Shown: one piece after another, positions 18,419 through 28,870 of the stretch | Numbering within the stretch: the first letter of the stretch is position 1 | Layout: each line of letters begins with the position of its first letter | Assembly (NCBI GenBank): GCA_038230375.1 | Contig: JBBRNJ010000079.1 | Coordinates: 1-39,878, forward strand | Direction: 5' to 3' | From: Polyangiales bacterium | Lineage (GTDB): Bacteria > Myxococcota_A > Polyangia > Polyangiales > Polyangiaceae | DNA: 39,878 nt | Program-made: the position numbers and the translations under genes | The notes under the pieces: model-generated | Told to the model about the DNA's origin: nothing | The model's database searches: none | What the model saw: the letters and a program-made list of their open reading frames with translations, nothing else

Positions 18419-18913
18419 CTAATCCCAGATCTCCGTCACACGTCGTTTCAGATCTTGCCACTCTTCGTGCTCCGCCACGTAGACGCCTTCGGTCCAGCTG
18501 AAGATGTCCGCCGGGCGATCGTCGGGGTCGTGCAGCGGAATCACGTGAATGTGGAGGTGCGTCGAGCTCTGCGTGAGCTCTCCGGCGGATGAACCGGTGG
18601 AGGCGAGATAGCAGCGACGAGGCTTGAAAATGCGCTCCGCGACGCGTGCCGCGCGAAGTGCGAGCGCGTTCGACCGCGCCCACGTCGCATCCGGCACGTC
18701 GGCGAAGGTGGTGACGTGCGCCCTGGGGAGCACCATGAGCTGCCCCCAGCGTCGAACGTAGCGCGGAAGGATCACGAGCTGGTCCGCGTCTTCGTGGACC
18801 ACGTACGTGGGGCCCGCGGCTCTGTCGCGAATCGCGCACATCAAACAAGCTGCATCCCCGCGCTCCGCCCTTATGCGCTCCAGCGCGTCGGCGCGTGTGA
18901 TGAGCTGCGGCAT
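18419..18913 (-). CDS. HIT-family nucleotide hydrolase
   Basis: CLMC; GQLMVLPRAHV; HLHIHVIP triad; ATG 1 nt after the upstream stop. Confidence 0.88.
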   Translation of the reverse strand: MPQLITRADALERIRAERGDAACLMCAIRDRAAGPTYVVHEDADQLVILPRYVRRWGQLMVLPRAHVTTFADVPDATWARSNALALRAARVAERIFKPRRCYLASTGSSAGELTQSSTHLHIHVIPLHDPDDRPADIFSWTEGVYVAEHEEWQDLKRRVTEIWD

Positions 18914-18914
18914 C

Positions 18915-19949
18915 TCAGACGACCCTGGCGACCCGTACAGGCAGTCTACGGATCGCAACGCGCGGCACCACCGCTTCGGCAGCGAACTGGGCCTTCGGCG
19001 TGACTGAGAGCGGCGCACCGGCCGGTGTTGCGTCGCGCAGCGCACTGGCGATCGCATCGAGCGCGGCAGGTGTGGAGCGATAGCGGTCCATGTCGAACGC
19101 GAGCGACGCCGCAAAGAGCGCATTCCCCGCGTCGCCAGTCGCGCCCGTCCAGAAGCGCGCCGCCGGCTCCGGCGGAATGGACGCCGGACCCAGCTCGGAG
19201 AGCATGGAAATGTCCGCGCGAATGGCCTCCGCAGCATCGGCGGTGGCGATGGACCATTCGCTCACCATCGACTCGTTGCACAGCACGTACTCACGATGCG
19301 CAGTGGGCGAATCCGTGCGCACGTGAAACACCGCGGCGATGCGTGATGGCTCCGCGAGCGCTTCCGCGACCGAGATGGAGCGATCATCCAGGTCATGAAA
19401 CGTGAATGCGTCGGCGCGTGAAGGATCGTAGCGCGCGATGATCGCGACTGGCCGGAGCGCGACGCGAATGAGCTGGGTGCCGTACGCGCGCTCGGTGGCA
19501 CCAAGGCGCGTCGGCCATGGTCGAGTCCAGGCGTAGCGGCGGAGGCGAAGACTGGGGTGAAGGAGGAGCAGTCGCGCGACGTCGGCATAAGGGCCAGTGG
19601 TATTCGCCGTGGCGGTGAGTCGCTCCACGTAGGGGGTGGGTCCGCTCGGGAGCTCCGTGTCCAGGAGGAGCTTTTGATCGCGACGGAGCAGGGCGATCTG
19701 CTCTGGCGTGGTCCATGAGAAGAGGACGCGGCGTGCGTACGTTGTGTCGGTGACAGCGCCGTTGCGGAGCGCCGCGATCGTGGAATCGAGAAGGACTGGT
19801 GGAGGAGCGGGATTGACGTTTGGGTCGGGGTTTGGGTGGAGGTCGGCGTTTGGGTTGAGGATTGGGATGGGGACGGGGATGGGGGTCGACGATGGGTGGC
19901 TGTCGCAGCCAAGGAGCGCTGCCAGCGCGATGATTCTCGTTCGCCTCAT
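18915..19949 (-). CDS. Hypothetical lipoprotein with Pro/Asn linker and possible ADP-ribosyltransferase-like domain
   Basis: MRRTRIIALAALLGC; PIPVPIP..PNPDPN linker; RVLFSWT, RYAW, YG.QLIRVAL, REYVLCN. Domain call is inference. Confidence 0.65.
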   Translation of the reverse strand: MRRTRIIALAALLGCDSHPSSTPIPVPIPILNPNADLHPNPDPNVNPAPPPVLLDSTIAALRNGAVTDTTYARRVLFSWTTPEQIALLRRDQKLLLDTELPSGPTPYVERLTATANTTGPYADVARLLLLHPSLRLRRYAWTRPWPTRLGATERAYGTQLIRVALRPVAIIARYDPSRADAFTFHDLDDRSISVAEALAEPSRIAAVFHVRTDSPTAHREYVLCNESMVSEWSIATADAAEAIRADISMLSELGPASIPPEPAARFWTGATGDAGNALFAASLAFDMDRYRSTPAALDAIASALRDATPAGAPLSVTPKAQFAAEAVVPRVAIRRLPVRVARVV

Positions 19950-19979
19950 TCCGTTGCTGAGCGTAGCCTAGGCCTCTTG

Positions 19980-21926
19980 ATGCGAGCAATCGGGCCGGTT
20001 TTGTCGGTGGTCTTGCTTGCGGCTTGTTCGCGTGGGGAGGCTCCTCGTCCGGACGCTGGCGCGGTTCCGACGCCTCTCGGTACGCTCGGGCCCCCGCAGG
20101 CGAGGATTCCGCTGGTTCCCGTCGCGGAGCCCGATCGCTCTTCGTCTGCGCTTGCACTTGGTCGCATCAGCGGACACCTCGTGGCGTTGCTGGCCGACGA
20201 GGATGACTCGCTGCTACGCGCCGTGTCGCTTCCGGAGGGCGCCACGCTCGGGACCTACAGCCTTCCAGGAATTCCCGGACATGTCGTCGTGGATGGTGCG
20301 GGGTCGATCTGGGTTTCGCTCCGCGACGCGGATGTCGTGCAGTCGTTCTTGTTCGCGTGCACGAGCGCAGAGCTGCAGCGTTGCGCGTTTTCAGCCGGTA
20401 GCGCCTTGCCCGTGGCTGGCGAGCCGACCGCGCTCGCGGTGAGTCCGGATCAGAAGTCGCTGTTCGTCGTGTCGACGCTCGGTCAAGCGCTCACACGGTT
20501 CGCGTTGCCCGGTCGGCAGCAGGTGGCAAGGGCCGCGCTTCCTCGCGATCCTCGCGCGATCCTGATCGGGGCGCGCTCGGACGTCGCGTTCATTGCTCAC
20601 GGCTCTGGCTCGGCGCTGACAACGGCGTTCACCGTTGCGGACGAGACCATGCCCACGCGGGAGGCCCGGCTCGACTACCGCGACCACGTCTTCGACGAGG
20701 GCATCGCGCATGCTCGGCCAGTGAGTGATGAGCCTCGCTTCGCCGGGCAAGGGTTCGCGCTCGCCCGCGTGGACGGACACGTGCTCGCGCCCATGGCCGT
20801 CGTCTACCCAGGGGACCCGAACCCCACGCCCGGCTATGGACCGTCAACGGAGGGATATTTCCCGCACGAGACCGCCATGCTCTCGTTCAACGCTGACTCG
20901 TATGCGGCCGGCGCCGACGATGGGGGAGCTGGGGCCCCCAGGCTGCGCGTGCGCGCGACAGTGGTCGCATCGGACAGCAATCGCGTGAGCAGCGGTCGCG
21001 TCGCGTGGCCCAAGGAAACACCGCCGTGCCTGTTGCCGCGCGCAGCAGCTCCGGCTCCCGGAGGTCACTCGGTCCTTGTCGCATGCATGGGGATCGATCA
21101 GGTGCTCGAGATCGCCGCCGCAGAGAAGCCACTGCTCGAGTCCGTGATCGCGCGCTTTCCGGTGGCCGCCGGTCCCGCGGCGATCGCGGTCGACGCGGAG
21201 GCCCACGAGGCATGGGTGTGGTCGATGTTCGATCGCAAGCTCACGCGTCTTCCGCTCTCCGGACCGGCGCCTGCAACAACGATCGCGATCGCCGCGCAGA
21301 GCGCGCTCGACCCCCGATGGAGCGCTGGACGCGTGCTTTTTCACGCTCCGATCGCGTTCGATGGTCGCGCGTGCGCGAGCTGCCACGCGGACGCTCGCGC
21401 GGACTCCCTCACGTGGACCTCACCGAGCGGCCCGCTCCAGACCCCCGTGCTAGCGGGGCGGCTCGCCCACGCGGAGTCGTTTGGTTGGCTCGGTGAAAGC
21501 GCGACGCTTCCTGCACATCTCCGCCAGACCCTCACGCGGCTCTCTGCCGTGCGGACGTTGGACGACAAGGAGATCTCGGCGCTCGACTGGTACATCTCAC
21601 TCGCAAGAACGTATCGCGCCGTCTTGCCGCCCACCGAACTGGAAGCGCGGGGCCGCGCGATCTTTCAATCGATCGAGACGCGCTGCTCGCAGTGTCACCG
21701 AGAAGGCGGCACCCGGAGTGATAGCGCGCGCCACGACGTGGGCACGGGAGGGAACTACAACACGCCCTCGCTCCGCCATGTCGGCACCACCAGCCCCTAC
21801 ATGCACGACGGCCGCTACACGACCCTCCGCGAGGCCCTCCTCGCAACCGACGGAAAAATGGGGAGCACGAAGCAGCTCTCGGAAGCAGACACCGGCGCCC
21901 TCATCGCGTACCTGCGTTCCCTCTGA
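19980..21926 (+). CDS. Lipoprotein: YncE/YVTN-like beta-propeller + di-haem cytochrome c peroxidase/MauG-like domain
   Basis: Lipobox LAAC; GEPTALAVSPD and GPAAIAVD blades; GRVLFH..CASCH; GRAIF..CSQCH; TPSLRHV..TSPYMHDG. Confidence 0.85.
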   Translation: MRAIGPVLSVVLLAACSRGEAPRPDAGAVPTPLGTLGPPQARIPLVPVAEPDRSSSALALGRISGHLVALLADEDDSLLRAVSLPEGATLGTYSLPGIPGHVVVDGAGSIWVSLRDADVVQSFLFACTSAELQRCAFSAGSALPVAGEPTALAVSPDQKSLFVVSTLGQALTRFALPGRQQVARAALPRDPRAILIGARSDVAFIAHGSGSALTTAFTVADETMPTREARLDYRDHVFDEGIAHARPVSDEPRFAGQGFALARVDGHVLAPMAVVYPGDPNPTPGYGPSTEGYFPHETAMLSFNADSYAAGADDGGAGAPRLRVRATVVASDSNRVSSGRVAWPKETPPCLLPRAAAPAPGGHSVLVACMGIDQVLEIAAAEKPLLESVIARFPVAAGPAAIAVDAEAHEAWVWSMFDRKLTRLPLSGPAPATTIAIAAQSALDPRWSAGRVLFHAPIAFDGRACASCHADARADSLTWTSPSGPLQTPVLAGRLAHAESFGWLGESATLPAHLRQTLTRLSAVRTLDDKEISALDWYISLARTYRAVLPPTELEARGRAIFQSIETRCSQCHREGGTRSDSARHDVGTGGNYNTPSLRHVGTTSPYMHDGRYTTLREALLATDGKMGSTKQLSEADTGALIAYLRSL

Positions 21927-21939
21927 CCTGCCAAGCGAC

Positions 21940-22019
21940 CCCCGCCTCAACTGCCCCGCCTCAACTGCCCCGCCTCAACTGCCCCGCCTCAACCTGCCCC
22001 GCCTCAACCTGCCCCGCCT
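21940..22019. repeat. 14/15-bp tandem repeat CCCCGCCTCAA(C)CTG: 3 x 14, 2 x 15 and a partial unit
   Basis: Units start at 21940, 21954, 21968, 21982, 21997 and 22012. Confidence 0.95.
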
Positions 22020-22111
22020 TTAACTGACAACGTACTGACAGGTAACGCAGCGCATCCGGACGCTGGGCTTGCAATGAGGGTGCGATTGGCGGCAAGCTTG
22101 CCGTTTCTCCC

Positions 22112-24256
<2,145 letters not shown>

Positions 24257-24263
24257 GCTGGGT

Positions 24264-24283
24264 GGGCGTGCGGGCACACGCCC
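24264..24283. terminator. GC hairpin between convergent uvrB and the guanylyltransferase gene
   Basis: GGGCGTG-cgggca-CACGCCC, 7-bp stem; no U-tract. Confidence 0.35.
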
Positions 24284-24292
24284 GACGCGCTC

Positions 24293-25360
24293 CTAGAGGA
24301 GCTCGGTTCGCTTTGCGGCCTTCAATGCGTCGACGATGGCGCGGACGTCCTGGGCGCGCTCGCGCGGGATGACCAGCAGCGCGTCGTCCGTCTCCACGAT
24401 GACAAGGTCGGACACGCCGACCAGCGCGATGACCTTCTTCTTGTTCGTTCCGAGATCGCGGACAAGGTTGCCCTTTGCGTCCACGGCGACCGCGCCTTCG
24501 GTGAGCGCGTTGCCGTTCGCGTCCTTCTCCGCGAGCTCCCAGGAGGAGAGCCAGCTGCCCACGTCGTTCCAGCCGAAGTCGCCAGCGACCACGGCGAGCT
24601 TCTCGGCCTTCTCCATGACACCGTGATCGATCGAGATGGACTGGAGCGTGGGGAACTTCGCCTCCAGGACCTCGGGCGTGCCGGCGCGGACGATCTCGTC
24701 GACGCCCTTCGCCATGTCCGGGAGGTGCTGCTCCACCAGGGCAAGCATGTCCTTCACGCGGAAGAAGAACATGCCTGCGTTCCAGAGGTGCTTCTTCCCC
24801 GCAACGAACGTCTCTGCGCGCGCGCGGTCCGGCTTCTCGACGAAGCGAGCGACCCGCGACACGCCGCCGCCCATGGACTCGCCGAGCTCCAGGTAGCCGT
24901 AGCCCGTCTCGGGCCGCGTGGGGACGATGCCCACGGTGGTGACCACGCCGGACGCGGCCGACGCGAGCGCCTTCTCCAGCACGCTGCGGAAGCCAGGCTC
25001 GTCCGTGATGAAGTGATCGCTCGGGAGCACCGCCACGAGAGCGTCCGGATCCTTGTCGCGGATCACGCGCGCAGCCCACGCGATGCACGGCGCGGTGTTG
25101 CGACCCATGGGCTCGCGCAGGATCTGGCTCTCGGGAACGCCGGGCAGCGCCTCAGCGGTCTTCTCGGCAAGGCGCTTGGCGGTGACCACGAACACGTTCT
25201 GCGGCGGAACAAGCGGGCTGAGGCGTCGTACCGTGGCGCCGAGCAGCGTCTCTTCGCCGCCGCCAAGAGACAGGAGCTGCTTCGGACGCATCTCGCGCGA
25301 CGCGGGCCAGAAGCGGGTTCCAGAGCCACCGGCCATGATGACGGCGTACGTGTTCGGCAT
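24293..25360 (-). CDS. manC: Mannose-1-phosphate guanylyltransferase (no cupin isomerase domain)
   Basis: AVIMAGGSGTRFWPASR..PKQ, EPMGRNTAPC, LPSDH, PETGYGY, FVEKPD, WNAGMF, SIDHGVMEK, WNDVGSW. Confidence 0.95.
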   Translation of the reverse strand: MPNTYAVIMAGGSGTRFWPASREMRPKQLLSLGGGEETLLGATVRRLSPLVPPQNVFVVTAKRLAEKTAEALPGVPESQILREPMGRNTAPCIAWAARVIRDKDPDALVAVLPSDHFITDEPGFRSVLEKALASAASGVVTTVGIVPTRPETGYGYLELGESMGGGVSRVARFVEKPDRARAETFVAGKKHLWNAGMFFFRVKDMLALVEQHLPDMAKGVDEIVRAGTPEVLEAKFPTLQSISIDHGVMEKAEKLAVVAGDFGWNDVGSWLSSWELAEKDANGNALTEGAVAVDAKGNLVRDLGTNKKKVIALVGVSDLVIVETDDALLVIPRERAQDVRAIVDALKAAKRTELL

Positions 25361-25409
25361 GGTCGGGCGAGCATAGTCAACGTTGGGCGCCGCTGGTACC
25401 TCTTCTGTC

Positions 25410-26072
25410 GTGGATGTGTACGCGCCCCCGAAGACGGATGTGAAGCCCGATGCGGCGCGGGTGGACGACACCGCGATCGGAGAAGCGAAACTCCCGCGTG
25501 TCTGGGCGGAGGGGTCGCACCTCTGCGTGCGTCTGGGCGCAAAGATCCCGAGCGTGTGCTTGAAGTGCGGCGCGACGGGCGAGATCTACCGACGCGAGCA
25601 CGCGTTCACGTGGATGCCACCGGAGAAGCGGCGCAACACGATGGCGATGCGGCTCATGTTCGGCGCGCTCGGCGGTGCCTTGATGGAGGCGGCAAACGCG
25701 AAGCACCGGCGCAATGCGACGCTCTCGCTACCGCTCTGCGAGGCGTGCGACCTGCGGTGGGCGCAGGGGAAGAAGCTTGCGGTGGCCACGCTCGTGCTCT
25801 TCCTCGCGACGTTCGTGTTCATCATCTTCGCGCAGTCGGAGCGGCTGATGGGGCCGATCGCGCTGCTCGTTCTCCTCTTTGGCTCGCTCGGTGCGATCCT
25901 GGTCGTCGCGCGCCTCGTCGTGCCCACGCGCTACGTGCACGCCGAGCGCATCGAGGAGGCGCACATCGTGCTCCGTGGCGTCGCGCCGGCCGCGATCACG
26001 GAGGCGGTCCAGCTGGCGGGGAAGAAGACGAAGAAGAAAAAGAAGCCTCTTGTTGCCGATCCGTCGATGTGA
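25410..26072 (+). CDS. Hypothetical membrane protein with two CxxC motifs
   Basis: YAPP N-terminus; PSVCLKCG and LPLCEAC; two to three hydrophobic helices; start uncertain. Confidence 0.7.
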   Translation: MDVYAPPKTDVKPDAARVDDTAIGEAKLPRVWAEGSHLCVRLGAKIPSVCLKCGATGEIYRREHAFTWMPPEKRRNTMAMRLMFGALGGALMEAANAKHRRNATLSLPLCEACDLRWAQGKKLAVATLVLFLATFVFIIFAQSERLMGPIALLVLLFGSLGAILVVARLVVPTRYVHAERIEEAHIVLRGVAPAAITEAVQLAGKKTKKKKKPLVADPSM

Positions 26073-26085
26073 AAGAGATGCGCTC

Positions 26086-27270
26086 ATGATCTCGCGTCTG
26101 GACCGGCGGGCGTTCCTGCAGACCGCGTCGCTCGCCTTCATCGCGTCGCTCGCGCGTCGCGCCTGGGCCGACGGCGGCACACCAACCACCACTGCGGGTG
26201 ACGGCGGCGCGCTCTCGGGGGCGGAGGACGCGTTCGTTCGTTTTGGCTCCGCGCCGCAGCAGCTTGCCACGCCGCTGTCGTTCATGGAGCGGCCGATCAC
26301 GCCTACGCGGGTGTTCTTCGTGCGCAGTCACTTCGGCCCGCCCGCGCTGGACCCCGCGCGCAAGGTGGCGATCACCGGCATGGTCAAGTCACCCCTCACG
26401 CTGTCCGTCGCGGATCTCAAGGGCCTGCCCGAAGTGACGATCACGGCAGTGCTACAGTGCGCCGGCAACAGCCGCTCGTTCATCGAGCCGCGCGTGCCGG
26501 GCGTGCAATGGAGCCACGGCGCGATGGGCCAGGCCACGTTCACCGGCGTGCGCCTGAAGGATCTTCTGGAGAAGGCTGGCGTGGACACGAAGGCGGGCTT
26601 CGTGCGCGTGTCGGGCGGCGACCTGCCGCCGAAGCCTACGGTGCCGGCGTTCATCCGCTCCATTCCGCTCGCACGCGCGATGGACCCGACCACGCTCGTC
26701 GCAACCCGCATGAACGGCGAGCCGCTCACGCTCGCGCACGGCGCGCCGCTGCGCTTGATCGTCCCGGGATGGGCAGGGGATCACTGGATCAAGTGGCTCA
26801 CCACCGTCAACGTGCAGAAGGACGAGGCCGACGGATTTTATATGCAAACTGCATATAAGTTCCCGACGGAGCCCGTGCCGCCCGGGCAGCCAGTGCCACC
26901 CGAGAAGATGAAGTCGCTGACGACGTTCCCGGTGAAGTCGATCATCGGAAGGCCCGCGGACGGGGGACGTGCAGCGGTCGGCGCGCAGGAGATCGTCGGC
27001 ATCGCGTTCTCGGGTGACGCCGCGATCGCGAAGGTGGAGGTCTCGCTCGACGATGGCAAGACCTGGAAGCCCGCGGCGCTGGAGGGAGAGGGCGGCGTCG
27101 GACGCTGGCAGGTGTTCCGCTACCGCTTCGAGCAGAAGGCCGCGGCCCGCGTGACAGCGCTCGCGCGCGCGACGGACAGGAAGAACAACGCGCAGCCAGA
27201 GAAGGCCGTGTGGAACCCAAGCGGCTACCACTGGAACGCGTGGCACCGCGTCTCGTGGGAGGTCGCATGA
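26086..27270 (+). CDS. Tat-exported sulfite-oxidase-family molybdoenzyme (SorA/SorT-like)
   Basis: LDRRAFL twin-Arg signal; FFVRSH; LQCAGNSR Mo-Cys; MNGEPL..HGAPLRLIVPGW.G..WIKWL; VEVSLDDGKTW; WNPSGY.WN. Confidence 0.93.
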   Translation: MISRLDRRAFLQTASLAFIASLARRAWADGGTPTTTAGDGGALSGAEDAFVRFGSAPQQLATPLSFMERPITPTRVFFVRSHFGPPALDPARKVAITGMVKSPLTLSVADLKGLPEVTITAVLQCAGNSRSFIEPRVPGVQWSHGAMGQATFTGVRLKDLLEKAGVDTKAGFVRVSGGDLPPKPTVPAFIRSIPLARAMDPTTLVATRMNGEPLTLAHGAPLRLIVPGWAGDHWIKWLTTVNVQKDEADGFYMQTAYKFPTEPVPPGQPVPPEKMKSLTTFPVKSIIGRPADGGRAAVGAQEIVGIAFSGDAAIAKVEVSLDDGKTWKPAALEGEGGVGRWQVFRYRFEQKAAARVTALARATDRKNNAQPEKAVWNPSGYHWNAWHRVSWEVA

Positions 27271-27929
27271 GCGCGCGTCTTCTTAGGTCGCTGTCGTCGC
27301 TGGTGCTGGTCGCCGCGCTCGACGCTTCGCTCGTGGGTTGTCCGAAGACGGACGTCGCGCCCTCGCAGGACGCGGGTGTTGCCGCAGTGTCGGAGGCCGG
27401 TGCGCAAAGCGCGAATGCAGGCACGTCGGGGATTGATCCAAAAGAGCTGGTCGCGAAGGACTGCCTGTCCTGCCACACGGACGAGATGCTGATGCAGCAG
27501 CGGCTGACGGAGGCGCAGTGGACCGCGGTCGTGAAGAAGATGACCACGTGGGGAGCGCCGCTCGACCCGGGCGACGACACGAAGCTGGTCGCGTATCTCT
27601 CCGCGAACTACGGCCCCGACGCAGGCCCATTCATACCGCCAAGCACGCCCGCAAGCGAGATGGCCGTCGCGCTGGACCCGCTGCCCGATGGTCCGTACGC
27701 AGGCGGCGATCCCGTGAAGGGCAAGCTGCTATTCGAAGAGAAATGCGGCACGTGCCACGGCGCGAACGCAAAAGGCCTGATAGGCGTGAACCTGGTAGAC
27801 CGCCCCATCCTCTACAGGGCACCAGACTTCGCGCGCACAGTCGCGAAGGGCCGCGGAAGGATGCTGCCGCTACAGATCACGGACACAGAGCAAGCGTCCG
27901 TGATCGCCTACCTACGAACGCTGCACTGA
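27267..27929 (+). CDS. Di-haem c-type cytochrome lipoprotein, probable electron acceptor of the upstream molybdoenzyme
   Basis: ATGA overlap; lipobox LVGC; CLSCH..W..VVKKM..WGA and CGTCHG..GRGRM. Confidence 0.88.
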   Translation: MSARLLRSLSSLVLVAALDASLVGCPKTDVAPSQDAGVAAVSEAGAQSANAGTSGIDPKELVAKDCLSCHTDEMLMQQRLTEAQWTAVVKKMTTWGAPLDPGDDTKLVAYLSANYGPDAGPFIPPSTPASEMAVALDPLPDGPYAGGDPVKGKLLFEEKCGTCHGANAKGLIGVNLVDRPILYRAPDFARTVAKGRGRMLPLQITDTEQASVIAYLRTLH

Positions 27930-27930
27930 C

Positions 27931-28068
27931 GTCGAGGTCGAGGTCGAGGTCGAGGTCGAGGTCGAGGTCGAGGTCGAGGTCGAGGTCGAGGTCGACGTCG
28001 AGGTCGAAGTCGAAGTCGAGGTCGAGGTCGAGGTCGACGTCGACGTCGAGGTCGAGGTCGAGGTCGAA
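27931..28068. repeat. Hexanucleotide array (GTCGAV)x23
   Basis: Mostly GTCGAG with GTCGAC/GTCGAA variants; between convergent cytochrome and vapC genes. Confidence 0.97.
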
Positions 28069-28128
28069 GCCCCGGGTCGCTCGTGGGCGGTGTTCGCCCC
28101 GCCAGTGATGGCCGTTCCCCAGCAGCCG

Positions 28129-28509
28129 TCAGAGCCTCTGCGCTCCGGGCAGCTTTCCTAGCTGGCGATCAAACGTGCCGAGTGGGCCGTGGCCTGCGTG
28201 CCTCGCCACCTCGAGGATGAGGCAGTCCGAGAAGCCGAGCTTCGTGTGCTTGCGGTAGTGCGCTAGCGCCGCCCTCACGACTTCCGCTCCCTGCACCGCG
28301 AGTCGATCGTGATCGAGCAGGAGCTCCAGACCCGCGGCCAGCTTGGCCGGTGATACGCCGTAGATGGTGTCCAGTACCCAGCTCGCTTCCATCAAGACCA
28401 GATGCGAGACCCACGCGCCGTGCGCCACGAATGCCTCCGCTGCGGCGACCTGCGCTGGCTCGTCTCGAACCAGGAGCCGGACGAGCACGTTCGTGTCAAC
28501 CGCGCGCAT
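28129..28509 (-). CDS. vapC: PIN-domain toxin
   Basis: AVDTNVLVR, VLMEASWVL, GFSDCLI, TFDRQL acidic PIN residues. Confidence 0.93.
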   Translation of the reverse strand: MRAVDTNVLVRLLVRDEPAQVAAAEAFVAHGAWVSHLVLMEASWVLDTIYGVSPAKLAAGLELLLDHDRLAVQGAEVVRAALAHYRKHTKLGFSDCLILEVARHAGHGPLGTFDRQLGKLPGAQRL

Positions 28510-28756
28510 GGCGCTTCCTCACGCTCTCGTGAACCCCCTGTTTGAGCTCTTCTAGAGTGCGCCCGTGCGGCGCCTTGGCGAACAGCGTTTGATGCACGTC
28601 CTCCGAGCTGTGCTCGCCGGCGCGGCGGATGGTGATGTCGTCGCCGCGGGCGTCCCACTCCAGCACCGAGCCCGCTGTGAGCTCCAGGCGCCTGCGTACC
28701 TCCGCGGGGACGGAGATCTGTCCCTGCGCGGTGACCCTGGAATGAGCGATCTTCAT
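28496..28756 (-). CDS. vapB: AbrB/MazE/SpoVT-type antitoxin
   Basis: SRVTAQGQISVPAEVRRRLEL..GSVLEW; 14-nt overlap with the toxin gene. Confidence 0.9.
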   Translation of the reverse strand: MKIAHSRVTAQGQISVPAEVRRRLELTAGSVLEWDARGDDITIRRAGEHSSEDVHQTLFAKAPHGRTLEELKQGVHESVRKRHARG

Positions 28757-28763
28757 GGCTTCA

Positions 28764-28779
28764 CATTACCAGGGTAATG
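28764..28779. promoter_or_regulatory. Palindromic operator CATTACC-ag-GGTAATG overlapping the vapBC -10 box
   Basis: Perfect 7-bp inverted repeat; minus strand TGgTAATGT lies 6 nt before the vapB ATG. Confidence 0.7.
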
Positions 28780-28870
28780 ATGCGGCGCAACCCCACGTTG
28801 CCCTTCAGGAAGTTCTCGCCACGTTTTTGGCCGTTCGGGCTCCTCTTGGCTATGCCTTGTGGTCGTCTCC

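Noticed and set aside
18914..19237. N-terminal extension of the HIT ORF
   Set aside because: Overlaps the 18915-19949 gene out of frame; the HIT domain starts at ATG 18913.
22024..22041. LexA/SOS box upstream of uvrB
   Set aside because: CTG..CAG spacing is 12 nt rather than the 10 nt of E. coli-type boxes; kept only as a direct repeat.
27518..28108. ORF with an RS-repeat (SR-protein-like) tail
   Set aside because: Off-frame over the cytochrome gene; the RS tract is just the GTCGAG array.
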